Assembly (NCBI GenBank): GCA_904420175.1
Contig: CAJFUF010000022.1
Coordinates: 2,974 to 66,973 of the forward strand
DNA: 64,000 bases
Direction: 5' to 3'
Source of the DNA: Candidatus Schneewindia gallinarum
Lineage (GTDB): Bacteria > Bacillota > Clostridia > Oscillospirales > Ruminococcaceae
Below the pieces are notes generated by a model, which saw only the letters and a program-made list of their open reading frames with translations, made no database searches and was not told the DNA's origin. Positions 48,068 through 58,773 of this stretch are shown here, one piece after another. The position numbers and the translations under genes were made by a program. How positions within the stretch are numbered: position 1 is the stretch's first letter; each line of letters starts with the position of its first letter.

Positions 48068-50785
48068 CTATTCCGTTCTCAGTGCGGCGACCGGGTCCTT
48101 TTTTGCCGCCTTTTTGGAGGGAATCAGCCCGCCTATCAGCGTCAGCACCATGCTTAAAATAATCAGGATTACTGCGCCGCCGACGGGAAGCGCCGCGCTG
48201 ACATCCGCCGAGCCGGTGGCTGCGTGAATGGCCGCGTTGCCCGGGATAAGCAGCAGCAGTGTCAGCCCGATACCTATCAGGCCGGAACACAGCCCGATGA
48301 TAAAGGTCTCCGCGTTGAACACCTGTGAGATGTTCCGCTTGGAGGCGCCCATGGCGCGCAGGATGCCGATTTCCTTCGTCCGCTCCAGAACAGAGATGTA
48401 GGTGATGATGCCGATCATGATGCTGGACACCACCAGGGAAACGGAGACAAAGGCTATCAGCACGTAGCTGATTACATTCACGATGGTGGTGACGGAGGAC
48501 ATCAGCAGCCCGACATAGTCCGTGTAGGTGATCCGGTTTTCCTCCTCCACCCCGCTGTTATAGGTTTCAATGCAGGCGGAAATTGCATCTTTGTCCTCAA
48601 AGCTGTCTGCATACAGGCTGATGGATGAGGGCGCGTCAAGGCTGACCACGCCGAAGGCGCTCATATTTTCGTCATAGCTTCCGCTGGAAATATAGGTGTC
48701 GTAGATGGACAGCAGGACATCCTCATCCGGGTTTTGCAGGTAGGCGTCCAACGCGGCGGCCAGCTGGGTCTCCCCCATCGCCGCCATGCGGGCGGCCGTC
48801 TCCGGGCTGTCTGCGTACATATCCTGCAGGATGGTTCTGCACAGGGCGGCCTTGTCGGAGATGCCAAGCCCGTTTAAATAGGTTTTGGCGTCGGCCACCT
48901 TTTGCGCGTCGTCATCCGGGGAAAAGGTCAGCCCGTTCAGCACGTTGACGGTTGTGCTTTGCTGCTGCGCCTTTACCACCGCGCTGTCCAGCGTGTAATC
49001 AATCAGATAGTCCGTCAGGGCCTGCGTGTAGCCCACCGGTTCCCTGACCGCAGTGTAATCCGTCCCCTCCGCCGGCTTGACAACCCCGACTATTTTCAGC
49101 TGAAGGGCGTTTTCCAGCAGTTTCTCCATCTCCTGCATGTCGTCCGCCACGCAGGTAAAGGTGCCGGATGCGCTGGGAAGATAGGTATCACAGGCCGGGA
49201 TCAGGTACAGCGGCTGGTTGCAAACCTCTTCATAGCTCCAGCTGGAGGCCTGAAGGGATACCTCCTCCCCGTTTTCAATCTTCTGCATCAGCTCCTTATA
49301 TTCTGCCGAGGGAAGCAGGCCCAGTTCATAAAGGGAGGTGGCCGGGATTTCGTTGTTTTCGTCCAGCACCAGCACCACCTCATCGTAGGCCTGCGGCCAC
49401 GCGCCGTACAGCACGTCGTAGTTGTCCGTCACCGCGGAGCTGATAAGCTGTCCGTCCCGTCCGGGAAGCAGCTGTTCAAAATTGTTGTTCTCCATGTCCA
49501 TCCCCATCATGCTGCCCATGGACATGCCCGTGGAGGAGCCGCTTTTCTCATCCGTCAGCGTGCTGCCGTCCGTGTTGACAAACGTCCCGTCCGGGTCGTA
49601 GGTGTAGACGCCAAAGGCCGTGTCGTAGGAGTAGATGATACCGGTCTCCCCGATGTACTGGTGGATCTCGCTTTCTTCATTATCAAGGTATTTTTTGAAT
49701 TCGGTCAGGTTGTTTTCGGTGATGCTGGTGGTCATGCTGGACGCCATTTCCAACGTGGTCCCGTCGGAGTAGACCGCGTCCAGCCCGTGCTGCACCTCGT
49801 GGCTCACGGTGCTTTCCCTGCCCGCTTCCATTAAGCTGTTTAGGTCGATGGACTGCGCGTCAATCGTAATCGGGTAGGACAGCATGGTGCTTTTCTGGAT
49901 GTCCTCAATGTAGTTGTTCACCCCGGTGGACAGGGATAGAATCAGTGCGATACCGATAATGCCGATGGACCCTGCGAAGGCGGTCAGCAGCGTCCTTCCC
50001 TTTTTGGTGCGCAGGTTGTTAAAGCTCAGGGACAGGGCCGTCAAAAACGACATGGAGGATTTCCCCATGTTTTTGTGCTGCGGCTCTGCCAGGGCCGATT
50101 CATCCACCTCATAGGGGTCGGAGTCGTCCGTAATTTTTCCGTCCTTCAGCCGGACAATCCGCGTTGCATAGGTCTCCGCCAGTTCCGGGTTGTGCGTGAC
50201 CATAACCACCAGCCGGTCGGAGGCCACTTTTTTCAGCAGCTCCATCACCTGAATGCTGGTCTCGCTGTCCAGCGCCCCGGTGGGCTCATCCGCCAGCAGG
50301 ATGTCAGGGTTGTTGACCAGCGCACGGGCAATGGCAACCCGCTGCATCTGCCCGCCGGACATCTGGTTCGGCCGCTTGTGCAGCTGATCCCCAAGGCCCA
50401 CCTGCTCCAGCGCTTCCCTGGCGCGTCTGCGGCGCTCCCCTCTGGAAATGCCGGAGATGGTCAGCGCCAGCTCCACATTGGCCAGCACGGACTGGTGCGG
50501 AATCAGGTTGTAACTTTGAAACACAAAGCCGATGGTGTGGTTGCGGTAGGAGTCCCAATCGCGGTCCTTGTACTTCTTCGTGGAAATCCCGTTGATGATA
50601 AGGTCGCCGCTGTCATACCGGTCCAGCCCGCCGATAATGTTCAGCAGCGTCGTCTTGCCCGAGCCGGAAGGCCCCAGAACCGCCACAAACTCGTTATCCC
50701 GCAGGTTGAGGGATACCCCGTTTAAGGCGTCCTGAACCAGCTCTCCCGTCCGGTATTGCTTTTGGATATTTTTCATCTGCAACAT
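48068..50785 (-). CDS. Fused ABC transporter ATPase-permease (MacB/FtsX type) with large extracytoplasmic domain
   Basis: 905 aa, N-terminal ABC ATPase ([35 protein letters not shown]), ~500-aa insert, C-terminal FtsX-like helices. Confidence 0.9.
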   Translation of the reverse strand: MLQMKNIQKQYRTGELVQDALNGVSLNLRDNEFVAVLGPSGSGKTTLLNIIGGLDRYDSGDLIINGISTKKYKDRDWDSYRNHTIGFVFQSYNLIPHQSVLANVELALTISGISRGERRRRAREALEQVGLGDQLHKRPNQMSGGQMQRVAIARALVNNPDILLADEPTGALDSETSIQVMELLKKVASDRLVVMVTHNPELAETYATRIVRLKDGKITDDSDPYEVDESALAEPQHKNMGKSSMSFLTALSLSFNNLRTKKGRTLLTAFAGSIGIIGIALILSLSTGVNNYIEDIQKSTMLSYPITIDAQSIDLNSLMEAGRESTVSHEVQHGLDAVYSDGTTLEMASSMTTSITENNLTEFKKYLDNEESEIHQYIGETGIIYSYDTAFGVYTYDPDGTFVNTDGSTLTDEKSGSSTGMSMGSMMGMDMENNNFEQLLPGRDGQLISSAVTDNYDVLYGAWPQAYDEVVLVLDENNEIPATSLYELGLLPSAEYKELMQKIENGEEVSLQASSWSYEEVCNQPLYLIPACDTYLPSASGTFTCVADDMQEMEKLLENALQLKIVGVVKPAEGTDYTAVREPVGYTQALTDYLIDYTLDSAVVKAQQQSTTVNVLNGLTFSPDDDAQKVADAKTYLNGLGISDKAALCRTILQDMYADSPETAARMAAMGETQLAAALDAYLQNPDEDVLLSIYDTYISSGSYDENMSAFGVVSLDAPSSISLYADSFEDKDAISACIETYNSGVEEENRITYTDYVGLLMSSVTTIVNVISYVLIAFVSVSLVVSSIMIGIITYISVLERTKEIGILRAMGASKRNISQVFNAETFIIGLCSGLIGIGLTLLLLIPGNAAIHAATGSADVSAALPVGGAVILIILSMVLTLIGGLIPSKKAAKKDPVAALRTE

Positions 50786-51104
50786 GGATGCTGTTTCTCC
50801 TTTAAATGCCGTATTCTGGTTTATTATACCGCATCAGAAAAGGATGAGCATCCGCATTTTGTGAACTTTGTATGAACGGTGTAAAGGCCCCCGGCAGGCC
50901 CGGCCTGCGGCAGCCTGACGGAACGCCGTCCGGCAGGGCACAGGGGCGCTTTAACACCCGCCTTCCCCCATCCCGCCGCACGGTACCTCCGCAGCAAAGG
51001 GGCGGCCCAGCCGCCGGTGCAGAGAGGGGGCAGACAGCCGCAGCCGTCAGGGCGCCCCGCGCCTCCTTCCCGCCGGACAGGGCCGCCCCCTCCAGCTTTA
51101 CAAT

Positions 51105-52151
51105 TCATGCCCGTTCAATTTTCTGGCTGCCGGTGGACCAGACATGCTGTTGCCCGGCCGCCTCGGGGGTGTTTTGGGCCATCACCCCCACCAGTTTATG
51201 GGGAACATAGGGTTCCTCCAGATAGGCGCGCTCTTCCGGCGTCAAAGTGAGGTTCACCGCCCTGGCCGCCCCTTCTACGTGGGACAGCCGGGTGGCGCCC
51301 ACCACCGGGGCCGTCACCTTACTTAACAGCCACGCCAGAGAAACCTCCGTCATGGATACTCCCCGCTTTTGCGCCACCTGCTCCACCCGGCTGATGATGG
51401 CCGCATCCTGTTCTGCGGTGGCGTCATACTTCAATCGGGCATAGCTGTCCGCTTCCAGCCTTTTGGAGGTCTCTCCCGGGTGTTTGGAAAGCCGTCCGCC
51501 CGCCAGGGCGCTGTAGGGCGTCATGGCAATGTTGTCCTCGGCGCACAGCCTGGCCATCTCCCGCTCCTCCTCCCGGAAGATTAGGTTGTAGTGCCCCTGG
51601 ATGGAGACGAATTTGGCAAAGCCCTCCCTCTCGGCCAGGGCATTGGCTTTGGCCAGCTGGTAGGCGTAGCAGTTGGAAATCCCGATGTACCGCACTTTTC
51701 CTGCCTTCACCATCCGGTTCAGCCCTTCCATAATATCGTAAAGGGGCGTCCCATAGTCCCACATGTGGTAGATGTACAGGTCGATGTAGTCCAGTCCCAG
51801 ATTTTTTAAGCTGGTGTTAACCATCTGCTCAATATGCTGCTGGCCGGTAATGCCCTCGGCGATTTCCTGCCCGGTGCGCGGCAGGAACTTGGTGGCCACC
51901 ACCACGTCCTCCCGTTTTGCAAAGTCCCGCAGCGCCCGGCCCACATACTGCTCGCTGGTGCCGCTTTGGTAGCCAATGGCTGTGTCGAAAAAATTGACGC
52001 CCAGCTCCAGCCCCCGTTTTATGATTTCACGGGCGTGCGTTTCGTCAACGGTCCAGCTGTGCTGGCCGTTTTTGGCGTCCCCGAACCCCATGCATCCCAT
52101 GCAGATGCGCGAGACGTTCAGTTCCGAATTCCCGAGTTTTGTGTGCTGCAT
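51105..52151 (-). CDS. Aldo/keto reductase
   Basis: 348 aa, LGNSELNVSRICMGCMGFG...GVNFFDTAIGYQSGTSE... Confidence 0.92.
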   Translation of the reverse strand: MQHTKLGNSELNVSRICMGCMGFGDAKNGQHSWTVDETHAREIIKRGLELGVNFFDTAIGYQSGTSEQYVGRALRDFAKREDVVVATKFLPRTGQEIAEGITGQQHIEQMVNTSLKNLGLDYIDLYIYHMWDYGTPLYDIMEGLNRMVKAGKVRYIGISNCYAYQLAKANALAEREGFAKFVSIQGHYNLIFREEEREMARLCAEDNIAMTPYSALAGGRLSKHPGETSKRLEADSYARLKYDATAEQDAAIISRVEQVAQKRGVSMTEVSLAWLLSKVTAPVVGATRLSHVEGAARAVNLTLTPEERAYLEEPYVPHKLVGVMAQNTPEAAGQQHVWSTGSQKIERA

Positions 52152-52175
52152 TCTGTTTTCCTCCCTCTCTGCCGC

Positions 52176-52739
52176 CTAGTCCGCCTGTTCCCGCACAGCC
52201 TTCGCAAAGCCCGTACACCGGCCAATTCCATCGCCTGTGCGCAGGTATTCGTAGGTCGGCATCTCAAACAGCACCGGCTTAAGCGTGCCGTAATCCAGCT
52301 TTCCTTCCTCCGACAGCACCGTTTCCTCCGCAAAAGTGCTGTCGACAGTACAGATGAAGTTGTCAAACCCCTCTGTTTCATAGATGTCCTCGACACTGCA
52401 TTCCATCACAACCGGGGCCTGGGAGACCATCGGCACCCCTCCGTCGGCAAAAACAAAATCAAAAAGTGCTGATTTGTCCTCCGTGCGGCCGCTGACACAG
52501 CCGCAGTAGTCCGCTTTTGCAAGCAGCGTTTCGTCCACAATGTTGATGGACAGCTTTTTGTTCGCTTTGATACCCTGGTTCGTGTAATGGTTCTTGGCCA
52601 GGCTGACCATCACATGGTCATGGCCCATTATGCCCACATGCCCTGCCAGCAGCCAGTTGGGCTTTCCGTTCACCATTGCTCCAACCACCACAAGGGGTGT
52701 GGGGTACAGTGCAAGCAGTTTTCCAATGTGCTTTTTCAT
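52176..52739 (-). CDS. Flavin reductase-like (FMN-binding split-barrel) protein
   Basis: 187 aa, LYPTPLVVVGAMVNGKPNWLLAGHVGIMGHDHVMVSL. Confidence 0.8.
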   Translation of the reverse strand: MKKHIGKLLALYPTPLVVVGAMVNGKPNWLLAGHVGIMGHDHVMVSLAKNHYTNQGIKANKKLSINIVDETLLAKADYCGCVSGRTEDKSALFDFVFADGGVPMVSQAPVVMECSVEDIYETEGFDNFICTVDSTFAEETVLSEEGKLDYGTLKPVLFEMPTYEYLRTGDGIGRCTGFAKAVREQAD

Positions 52740-52784
52740 GGCAATCCCTCCTGAAAATCGTGATAGGGTTTTCCCGGCGCCTGT

Positions 52785-53441
52785 TCAGTTCCGTTCCAGC
52801 CCGGCAATCCAATCGGAAACTTCGCCAGCCGAATTTTCCACCGCGTCCCCCCGCACGTGCAGCCCGTCCAGAATGGCCGCACCGGGCGCGCTTGCTTCCA
52901 GGTTGTTTAAGCTGCGTCCGAAGCCGCTGCCCCCGCTGGTGCAGAAGGGGATCAGTGTTTTCCCCGTCCAGTCATAGGATTCCAAAAAGGTGTAGATAGG
53001 CATGGGCGCGTCGCTCCACCAGTCGGGATACCCCACAAACACGGTGTCGTAGCTTTCCCAGTTTTCCACCTGGGCGGCCAGTTCCGGCCGGGCGTTTTCG
53101 CTCTGCTCCTGCCGGGCAACGTCCAAAAGTTCGTTATAATCATCGGTGTACGGAACAGCCGGGGCAATCTCAAACAGGTCGCCGCCCGTCTCCTGCTGAA
53201 TCAGGCGGGCCATGGCCTCTGTGTTGCCGGACCAGGAGAAATAGGCAATCAGCGTGCCGCCGGCCTCGGGCTCCGTTTCTTCCGGCTGCGTGTCGGCGCT
53301 TTGCGCCTGCTGCGTGCTTTCCTGTGACTCCGAGGGGGCGGGGGATGCCTCTCCTCCGGTGGAGGTGCCGTTGCCGCCGCTGCATGCGGCAAGGGCAAAC
53401 AGGAGTACCGCGCACAGGACAAAGGGCAAAAGTTTTTTCAT
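52785..53441 (-). CDS. Exported flavodoxin-family lipoprotein
   Basis: Signal peptide and lipobox MKKLLPFVLCAVLLFALAAC, Ser/Glu/Gln-rich linker, then flavodoxin core LIAYFSWSGNTEAMARLI...FVGYPDWWSDAP...IPFCTSGGSG. Confidence 0.85.
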   Translation of the reverse strand: MKKLLPFVLCAVLLFALAACSGGNGTSTGGEASPAPSESQESTQQAQSADTQPEETEPEAGGTLIAYFSWSGNTEAMARLIQQETGGDLFEIAPAVPYTDDYNELLDVARQEQSENARPELAAQVENWESYDTVFVGYPDWWSDAPMPIYTFLESYDWTGKTLIPFCTSGGSGFGRSLNNLEASAPGAAILDGLHVRGDAVENSAGEVSDWIAGLERN

Positions 53442-53540
53442 GAAAATCCATCCTTTCTAAATCGTGATCCGCTGTGGCATTAAGCTGATTTTTTAAACTG
53501 CCGGGGGCCGCCTCCCGTCGTATGGCCCCTTTCGTCTATC

Positions 53541-53610
53541 AGTATAACCCGGCCCTATCCCCATGTAAAATACTTATATTTAATAGGAAATTATTCGTTT
53601 TAAGCATAAT
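53541..53610 (-). promoter_or_regulatory. Promoter P_A with conserved upstream box (flavodoxin-flavin reductase-AKR operon)
   Basis: Minus strand: TTTACA (53569-53564), 17 nt, TATACT (53546-53541); upstream ATTATGCTTAAAACGAATAATTTCCTATTAAATATAAGTAT aligns with boxes B and C. Confidence 0.65.
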
Positions 53611-53801
53611 AAACCCCTTCCCTGCCGCCGAAGGGCGCTGCAGGGAAGGGGCAAAAATGAAAGTCGGATTCCGCACAGGTTTTCTTCTTCCGCCGGTCCG
53701 GACGGCGCGCCGCTTCCTATGAATTCGTTTTCAGATGAATGCGCCCCGCGTCCCCGGAAAGGACGCTTTCATCAGACGGCCGGGAAGGCGCCGCACTGCG
53801 G

Positions 53802-54338
53802 CTATTTCAGTTTTTTCCCCAGTTCATAGGCCTGCCGGGGAAACACAGAGCGCCCGGTCATGGAGGGGGTTCCGCAGCCGGCCCCCAGCACCATTCCCAT
53901 GTCCGTAAAATTCAGATAGCGCACCAGGGTTTTATAATGTGCTTCCAGCGCCTCAAAGGTCCAGCTATCGCTGTTCCACGCTGCAGCCAGCAGGGCGGAT
54001 TTCATATGCTTATGCTGGATGGAGCTGTTAAACGCGCAAAAGCGGTCAAGCAATGTTTTCAGTTGCGCGGACATCCCGTAGTAGTACAGGGGCGTTACCA
54101 GCACCACCATGTCCGCACTCAGAATTTTTTCCCGGATTTCTTCCATCCCATCCTTTTGGGCGCAGGGCCCCTCATAGCCGCAGTGAAGGCAACCGGTGCA
54201 GGGGTGGACGGCGGCGTGGGCGGCATCGACGACGTGCACAAGATGCCCGCTTTCTTCCGCCCCCTGTTTAAAATACTCTGCCAGCATGTTGGAGGAGCCG
54301 TTCCGGTTTGGGCTGCCCTCCAGAACCACAATTTTCAC
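53802..54338 (-). CDS. Iron-sulfur flavoprotein-like NAD(P)H-dependent FMN reductase
   Basis: 178 aa, MKIVVLEGSPNRNGSSN..., compact Cys motif CTGCLHCGYEGPC (CX2CX2CX5C), ...VLVTPLYYYGMS. Confidence 0.82.
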   Translation of the reverse strand: MKIVVLEGSPNRNGSSNMLAEYFKQGAEESGHLVHVVDAAHAAVHPCTGCLHCGYEGPCAQKDGMEEIREKILSADMVVLVTPLYYYGMSAQLKTLLDRFCAFNSSIQHKHMKSALLAAAWNSDSWTFEALEAHYKTLVRYLNFTDMGMVLGAGCGTPSMTGRSVFPRQAYELGKKLK

Positions 54339-54350
54339 AGGAACCCCTCC

Positions 54351-54872
54351 TTACTGATAAACGCTGATGGTAATCGTCCCCGACAGCGTGGAAATCTGCT
54401 CCGCGCCGGAAACCGCCTGGCCCAGCTCAAACAGGCTGCCGTTGGGGCTGAAGTCGCCGTAGAACATCACCACATCCCCCCATGGCGCGTAGTAGGCCAG
54501 TGTCCCGGCGCCCCCCTGCGCCAGAGGCGCGTCCGAGGTATCCAGCCTGTCCGGCGGATAAAATATCTTTTCATTGTTGCTGAAGTTCTCCACCTCTACG
54601 GACAGGGGAAGCTGTTCATAAAGCGCCCTCGCCGCCTGGCTGTCATTCAGTTGGAATACAACGGCGCTGCCGTTTGCTTCAATTTTAATTTGCATGCTCT
54701 CCTCTCCCTTCTCCTGCTGGGACGTCTGCCCTGTTCCGGCCTGGGAGCTGTCCTGCACGCCGGAGGACGGCCCGGCGTTCCCGCCGGTCTCCTTCTCCGG
54801 GGCGGGGCCGCCGCACGCAGCAAGGGAAAACGCCGCCAGCAACACCAAAAACACCGCAATGCACTTTTTCAT
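54351..54872 (-). CDS. Cyclophilin-like fold lipoprotein
   Basis: Trimmed to ATG 54872: MKKCIAVFLVLLAAFSLAAC lipobox; ...FSNNEKIFYPPDRL...GTLAYYAPWGDVVMFYGDF pattern of the cyclophilin-like (TM1367-type) family. Confidence 0.8.
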   Translation of the reverse strand: MKKCIAVFLVLLAAFSLAACGGPAPEKETGGNAGPSSGVQDSSQAGTGQTSQQEKGEESMQIKIEANGSAVVFQLNDSQAARALYEQLPLSVEVENFSNNEKIFYPPDRLDTSDAPLAQGGAGTLAYYAPWGDVVMFYGDFSPNGSLFELGQAVSGAEQISTLSGTITISVYQ

Positions 54873-55013
54873 ATGTTCCTCCATTTCTCGTACCCGCCAT
54901 ATCGTCCAACGCGCAAAAAGGCCCCTGTGCAGGCGGCCGGCCAATCCTCCGCCCACAGCGGGACGGCCGCCGTCCGGCCCTTTCCGGTGCAAAAGGGGCG
55001 CAGTCCTTCCCTT

Positions 55014-55877
55014 TTACGCGCAGGCACAGGCGGCTTTTTCCGGCCGTATCTGCACCGCACCGGTCCCTTCATCGATGTCCCGGATTATCCTGCCGGCTTC
55101 CGGGACAACAATCTCGCTTCCGGCGAGGGGATTTTTTATGCTGATCACCGGCGTTGTGATGCCGGCGTGCACCTCAGAGCGTTCAAAGGCCAAATCGCAG
55201 TCAATCATTTCACAGTTTATCAGCTTCAGCCCCTTACAGTAGCACAGGGGCTGGGTGCCCATGATCCTGCAGTTTTCAAACGTGACATTTTCGCAGTACC
55301 ACGCCAGATACTCGCCTTTTACAACGCTGTCCTTCACAACCACGTTTTTTGCATGCCAGAATGCATCCTTTGTGTCAAACGTACAGTTTTCAAACACCGC
55401 GTTTTCAATGTACTGGAAGGAGTACTTCCCCTTCATCCGCACATTGCGGAAAGTAAGGTTTGACGAGCGCATCATAAAATACTCGCTTTCGGCACTGCAG
55501 TTTTCCATCTTAACATTTCGGACAAACCAGCCAAACTCCGGGGAAACCACGTCGCAGTCCCGCATGGTTACATCGGCGCATTCCCGAAGGGCCTTAATGC
55601 CGTGAAGCCTGGTGCCCTCCAGAGTAATGTGCCTGGAATACCACAGGGCCGCCCGGCATTGCTGCGTCAGCTCCGAATTCCGAATCACCAGATCCCGGTC
55701 GTGCCAAAAAGGGTAGCGCAGGTTAAAAAGGCAGTTCTGCACCTCTATACCGGCGCTTTCCTTGAAGGCGCTTTCTCCATCGGCCGGGCCGTCAAAAACG
55801 CAGTCCTTCACCAGAACGTCCCTGCTTCCGTAAAGCGCTCTCTCCTGATCAAACGTTTGATTTTGTATCCGTTTCAT
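55014..55877 (-). CDS. DUF3737-like beta-helix repeat protein
   Basis: Trimmed to ATG 55877 (GGAGG SD): MKRIQNQTFDQERALYGSRDVLVKDCVFDGPADGESAFKES...LRYPFWH...; family call from memory. Confidence 0.7.
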   Translation of the reverse strand: MKRIQNQTFDQERALYGSRDVLVKDCVFDGPADGESAFKESAGIEVQNCLFNLRYPFWHDRDLVIRNSELTQQCRAALWYSRHITLEGTRLHGIKALRECADVTMRDCDVVSPEFGWFVRNVKMENCSAESEYFMMRSSNLTFRNVRMKGKYSFQYIENAVFENCTFDTKDAFWHAKNVVVKDSVVKGEYLAWYCENVTFENCRIMGTQPLCYCKGLKLINCEMIDCDLAFERSEVHAGITTPVISIKNPLAGSEIVVPEAGRIIRDIDEGTGAVQIRPEKAACACA

Positions 55878-55967
55878 GTGAAAACCTCCATTTCGCGGGC
55901 GTTCCCCTCGCTGCATTCTTCTTCATCAAACCGGCCGGTTCCCCAGCCCTTTTCCCACTTTGGGTTT

Positions 55968-56633
55968 CTATCGTCCCAACAGCCTCCCGGCGTAGTAAGC
56001 AACCGCCGCCCACAGCCCCATCATTCCGAGATATTCCAAAAAGAACAGGGCAAGCGGCTGCTCCATGTCAAAAAAGACAAACTGCGTGCGAAGCAGCATG
56101 TAGGAGGCGATATCGTTGTTTATAAAGGCATAGAGCCCGTATGCCGCAAGCAGGGCCGCCGCGGCGCGCATTAGCCAGGTGCGGACGGTGGAGGGCTTTC
56201 GGATGCCTGCCGCCCTGCGGGCCAGTCCCATCATCATGCCCCAATGAAGGCCCAGATGCACCCCCATTAGCAGGAACCCCCAGTACGACGACAGCATGTG
56301 CAGGGTGCGGGCAAAGCCCGTGCCGCCGGAAAGCGGGAGGAAGCTGAATACCTCCCGTGACATGATAACCCCGCTTATCATCAGCCCCAGCATGGACAGC
56401 AGAACCAGTATGTCCACTGCGGTTTGCAGGACACGCAGCGGCGTATAGCGTCCTTTCGCCAGATTCCTGTGCCAGTTCCAGTTCAGGATGTGGTGAAAAA
56501 CAAAAAGGCAAAACATCGCTGTGCCCAGCCATTCGTGGGCGGCCTCCCCCACCAGCAAATAAGCCATCAGGCAAAACAGCAAAACCGTCATCGCCAAATC
56601 CACGGTAATTTTTATAATGGTCTTTGGTTTCAA
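55968..56633 (-). CDS. DUF4405-type multi-His integral membrane protein (cytochrome-b-like)
   Basis: Track ORF starts at ATG 56660, which sits at the predicted transcription start of P_B. TTG 56633 follows a GGGGGGAG SD and gives (M)KPKTIIKITVDLAMTVLLF.... Conserved His in TM helices (AAHEWLG, FVFHHILNW, TLHMLSSYW, GVHLGLHW). Confidence 0.78.
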   Translation of the reverse strand: MKPKTIIKITVDLAMTVLLFCLMAYLLVGEAAHEWLGTAMFCLFVFHHILNWNWHRNLAKGRYTPLRVLQTAVDILVLLSMLGLMISGVIMSREVFSFLPLSGGTGFARTLHMLSSYWGFLLMGVHLGLHWGMMMGLARRAAGIRKPSTVRTWLMRAAAALLAAYGLYAFINNDIASYMLLRTQFVFFDMEQPLALFFLEYLGMMGLWAAVAYYAGRLLGR

Positions 56634-56663
56634 CCGGCTCCCCCCTTGTATCACTTCCATTCC

Positions 56664-56733
56664 AGTATATCGTCCTTCCCTTCCTATGTCTAATACTTAT
56701 GTTGAATTCTGAGAAATACGCTAAAGGCATTTT
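56664..56733 (-). promoter_or_regulatory. Promoter P_B with conserved upstream box (DUF4405 operon), divergent from lysR
   Basis: Minus strand: TAGACA (56692-56687), 17 nt, TATACT (56669-56664); upstream AAAATGCCTTTAGCGTATTTCTCAGAATTCAACATAAGTAT. Confidence 0.65.
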
Positions 56734-56797
56734 AGTGAAATTTCCTTGCACTAGGCGCCCATCCGACCCCCGCAGCACGGCGACCTTTTCATACCTT

Positions 56798-56818
56798 ATA
56801 GGCATAGTTAAGACCTAT
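56798..56818. promoter_or_regulatory. LysR-type T-N11-A inverted repeat
   Basis: ATAGG-catagttaaga-CCTAT, about 60 nt upstream of the lysR-family start. Confidence 0.55.
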
Positions 56819-56876
56819 TTATGTTGATTTTGCAGGACCAGTCTGCTATTCTAAGAAAAGCAGGAGGTGTTATACC

Positions 56877-57755
56877 GTGGAAATCCGTGTTCTGAAATAT
56901 TTTTTAATGGTTGCCAGGGAAGAAAACATCACCAAAGCGGCCAATCTGCTGCATCTGACCCAGCCCACCCTGTCAAGGCAGCTTATGCAGCTGGAGGAGG
57001 AGCTGGGGGTCTCCCTTTTCCGCCGAAGTAAGCACCGCATCGTCCTCACTGAGGACGGCATGTTTTTGCGGCGCCGTGCGGAGGAGATTGTTGCTTTGAA
57101 CGAAAAGACAAAGGACGATTTCCAGCACAGGCAGGAGCATCTGGCCGGAACCATTGCCATCGGCAGCGGCGAGTTGCAAAGCTCCCGGTTCCTCACCCGG
57201 CTGATTACCGCCTTCCAGAAGGAGAACCCAATGGTAACTTTCACCATTTACAGCGGCAACTCCGACAATATTAAGGAGCGGATTGAGCGCGGGCTTCTGG
57301 ATGTGGGCCTTTTGCAGGAGCCGGTGGACATTGCAAAATACAGCTTTGTCCGCACCCCGATCCGTGAGCAGTGGGGTGTGCTGGTAAGGGCGGATTCCGA
57401 GCTGGCCGCAAAGGACAGCCTTTCTCCGGAGGAGTTGGCCGGCGTGCCGCTGATTATGCCGGAGCGGGAAACAGTTCAAAATGAACTGCTGAACTGGTTT
57501 GGGCCCTATGCCGAAAACCTGCGCATCACCGCCAGCGGGAACCTGCTTTACAATCTGGCTTCCCTTGCGCGGGACAGCGGCAGTTGCGTCCTCACACTGA
57601 ACCTGGACTGCAAGTATGAGGGGCTGCGCTTTGTCCCCATCTCGCCGGGGATCGAGTCCGGCACCGTGCTGGTGTGGAAGAAAACCCAGACGTTTTCCCC
57701 AGCCGCCTCCGCATTTATCGATTACTCCAAGAAATACATATCAGGAATAGTCTAA
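56877..57755 (+). CDS. LysR family transcriptional regulator
   Basis: 292 aa from GTG after AGGAGG SD: (M)EIRVLKYFLMVAREENITKAANLLHLTQPTLSRQLMQLEEELG. Confidence 0.93.
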   Translation: MEIRVLKYFLMVAREENITKAANLLHLTQPTLSRQLMQLEEELGVSLFRRSKHRIVLTEDGMFLRRRAEEIVALNEKTKDDFQHRQEHLAGTIAIGSGELQSSRFLTRLITAFQKENPMVTFTIYSGNSDNIKERIERGLLDVGLLQEPVDIAKYSFVRTPIREQWGVLVRADSELAAKDSLSPEELAGVPLIMPERETVQNELLNWFGPYAENLRITASGNLLYNLASLARDSGSCVLTLNLDCKYEGLRFVPISPGIESGTVLVWKKTQTFSPAASAFIDYSKKYISGIV

Positions 57756-57761
57756 AATTTA

Positions 57762-57800
57762 ATATAGGCATTAGACAGTCTTTTACAGAAGCGTTACAAT
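57762..57800 (+). promoter_or_regulatory. Promoter P_D (merR-cupin-CMD operon) sharing the proximal box
   Basis: ATATAGGCAT-TAGACA (57772-57777), 17 nt, TACAAT (57795-57800). Confidence 0.6.
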
Positions 57801-57833
57801 ATAGGTGTCCCAAGTGGGACGCCTATATTTTTT
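57799..57833 (+). terminator. lysR terminator hairpin overlapping the P_D -10/start region
   Basis: atataggtgtccc-aagt-gggacgcctatat followed by TTTTT. Confidence 0.7.
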
Positions 57834-57866
57834 GCACTGAACAGTCTGTCGGGAAGGAGTGCACAA

Positions 57867-58256
57867 ATGACCATCCAGGAAGTAAGCGAGCGCTATCAAA
57901 TCCCTATGGAAATTTTGAAAGAATATGAAAGCTGGGGGATGGACGGCGCAGCAGGCAAAGCGGTGGGCGCCTGGCAGTATGACGACACGGATCTGGAACG
58001 TCTTGGCCTGATCCTGTCCCTGCGCGACATGGGGTTTGAAAGCCCGGAGGTGGAGTCCTATATGCGGCTGCTGGGGCAGCAGGGCACGGAGGCACAGCGC
58101 CTGCGGATGCTGAACAAAAAGCGGTACGTCCTGTTGGATAACATCCATGCCCAGGAAAAGCTGCTGGAACAGCTGGACTATCTGCGGTATCACATCCGCA
58201 AACAGCAGAACGCGAAGCAAAAGATGCAGACACAGAATAAATTTGATAAATTTTAA
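57867..58256 (+). CDS. MerR family transcriptional regulator
   Basis: 129 aa, MTIQEVSERYQIPMEILKEYESWG HTH, coiled-coil C-terminus. Confidence 0.85.
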   Translation: MTIQEVSERYQIPMEILKEYESWGMDGAAGKAVGAWQYDDTDLERLGLILSLRDMGFESPEVESYMRLLGQQGTEAQRLRMLNKKRYVLLDNIHAQEKLLEQLDYLRYHIRKQQNAKQKMQTQNKFDKF

Positions 58257-58268
58257 GGAGGAATCAGA

Positions 58269-58706
58269 ATGAAAATCCAGGACAAAACCACATTTGACAG
58301 CCAGAACATTTTTGGCCAGGGAAGCGCCAACACCGCGTTTGCACAGTACTTTATCGGGAATTCCTATCTAAATCCCCTGACAAAGCCCGGCGAAAGCACC
58401 GTTGGCCTGGCGAACGTCACCTTTGAGCCGGGTTGCCGCAACAATTGGCATGTCCATCATGCCAAAGCGGGCGGCGGACAGATTCTCATCTGCACTGCGG
58501 GCGAGGGTTGGTATCAGGAGGAAGGCAAGGCCGCCGTAAGCCTCACCCCCGGCACGGCCATCGTCATTCCGCCGGAGGTTAAGCACTGGCACGGGGCCAA
58601 GGCGGACAGCTGGTTCAGCCACATCGCGGTGGAAGTGCCCGGTTCGGAGACCAGTAACGAGTGGCTGGAGCCGGTGGACGACGAAAGTTATTCCAAGCTG
58701 AAGTAA
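58269..58706 (+). CDS. Cupin domain protein
   Basis: 145 aa, FEPGCRNNWHVHHAKAGGGQILICTAGEGW...PEVKHWHGA cupin motifs. Confidence 0.88.
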   Translation: MKIQDKTTFDSQNIFGQGSANTAFAQYFIGNSYLNPLTKPGESTVGLANVTFEPGCRNNWHVHHAKAGGGQILICTAGEGWYQEEGKAAVSLTPGTAIVIPPEVKHWHGAKADSWFSHIAVEVPGSETSNEWLEPVDDESYSKLK

Positions 58707-58773
58707 AAACAACCGCGCTGCAAAACCATTCAGGTTTGCAGCGTTCTGAAACCGCTGAAAGGAGTGTTGCTTT

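Noticed and set aside
50786-51104. GC-rich 319-nt gap between the AKR stop and the ABC transporter start. Checked for a riboswitch or small gene.
   Set aside because: I found only a TATAAT about 35 nt upstream of the ABC start and no recognisable motif. The track ORFs here are Pro/Arg/Gly-rich with no SD.
56634-56660. ATG at 56660 as the start of the DUF4405 gene.
   Set aside because: It coincides with the predicted transcription start of P_B (-10 at 56664-56669) and has no SD. TTG 56633, behind GGGGGGAG, gives the family-typical MKxK... N-terminus.
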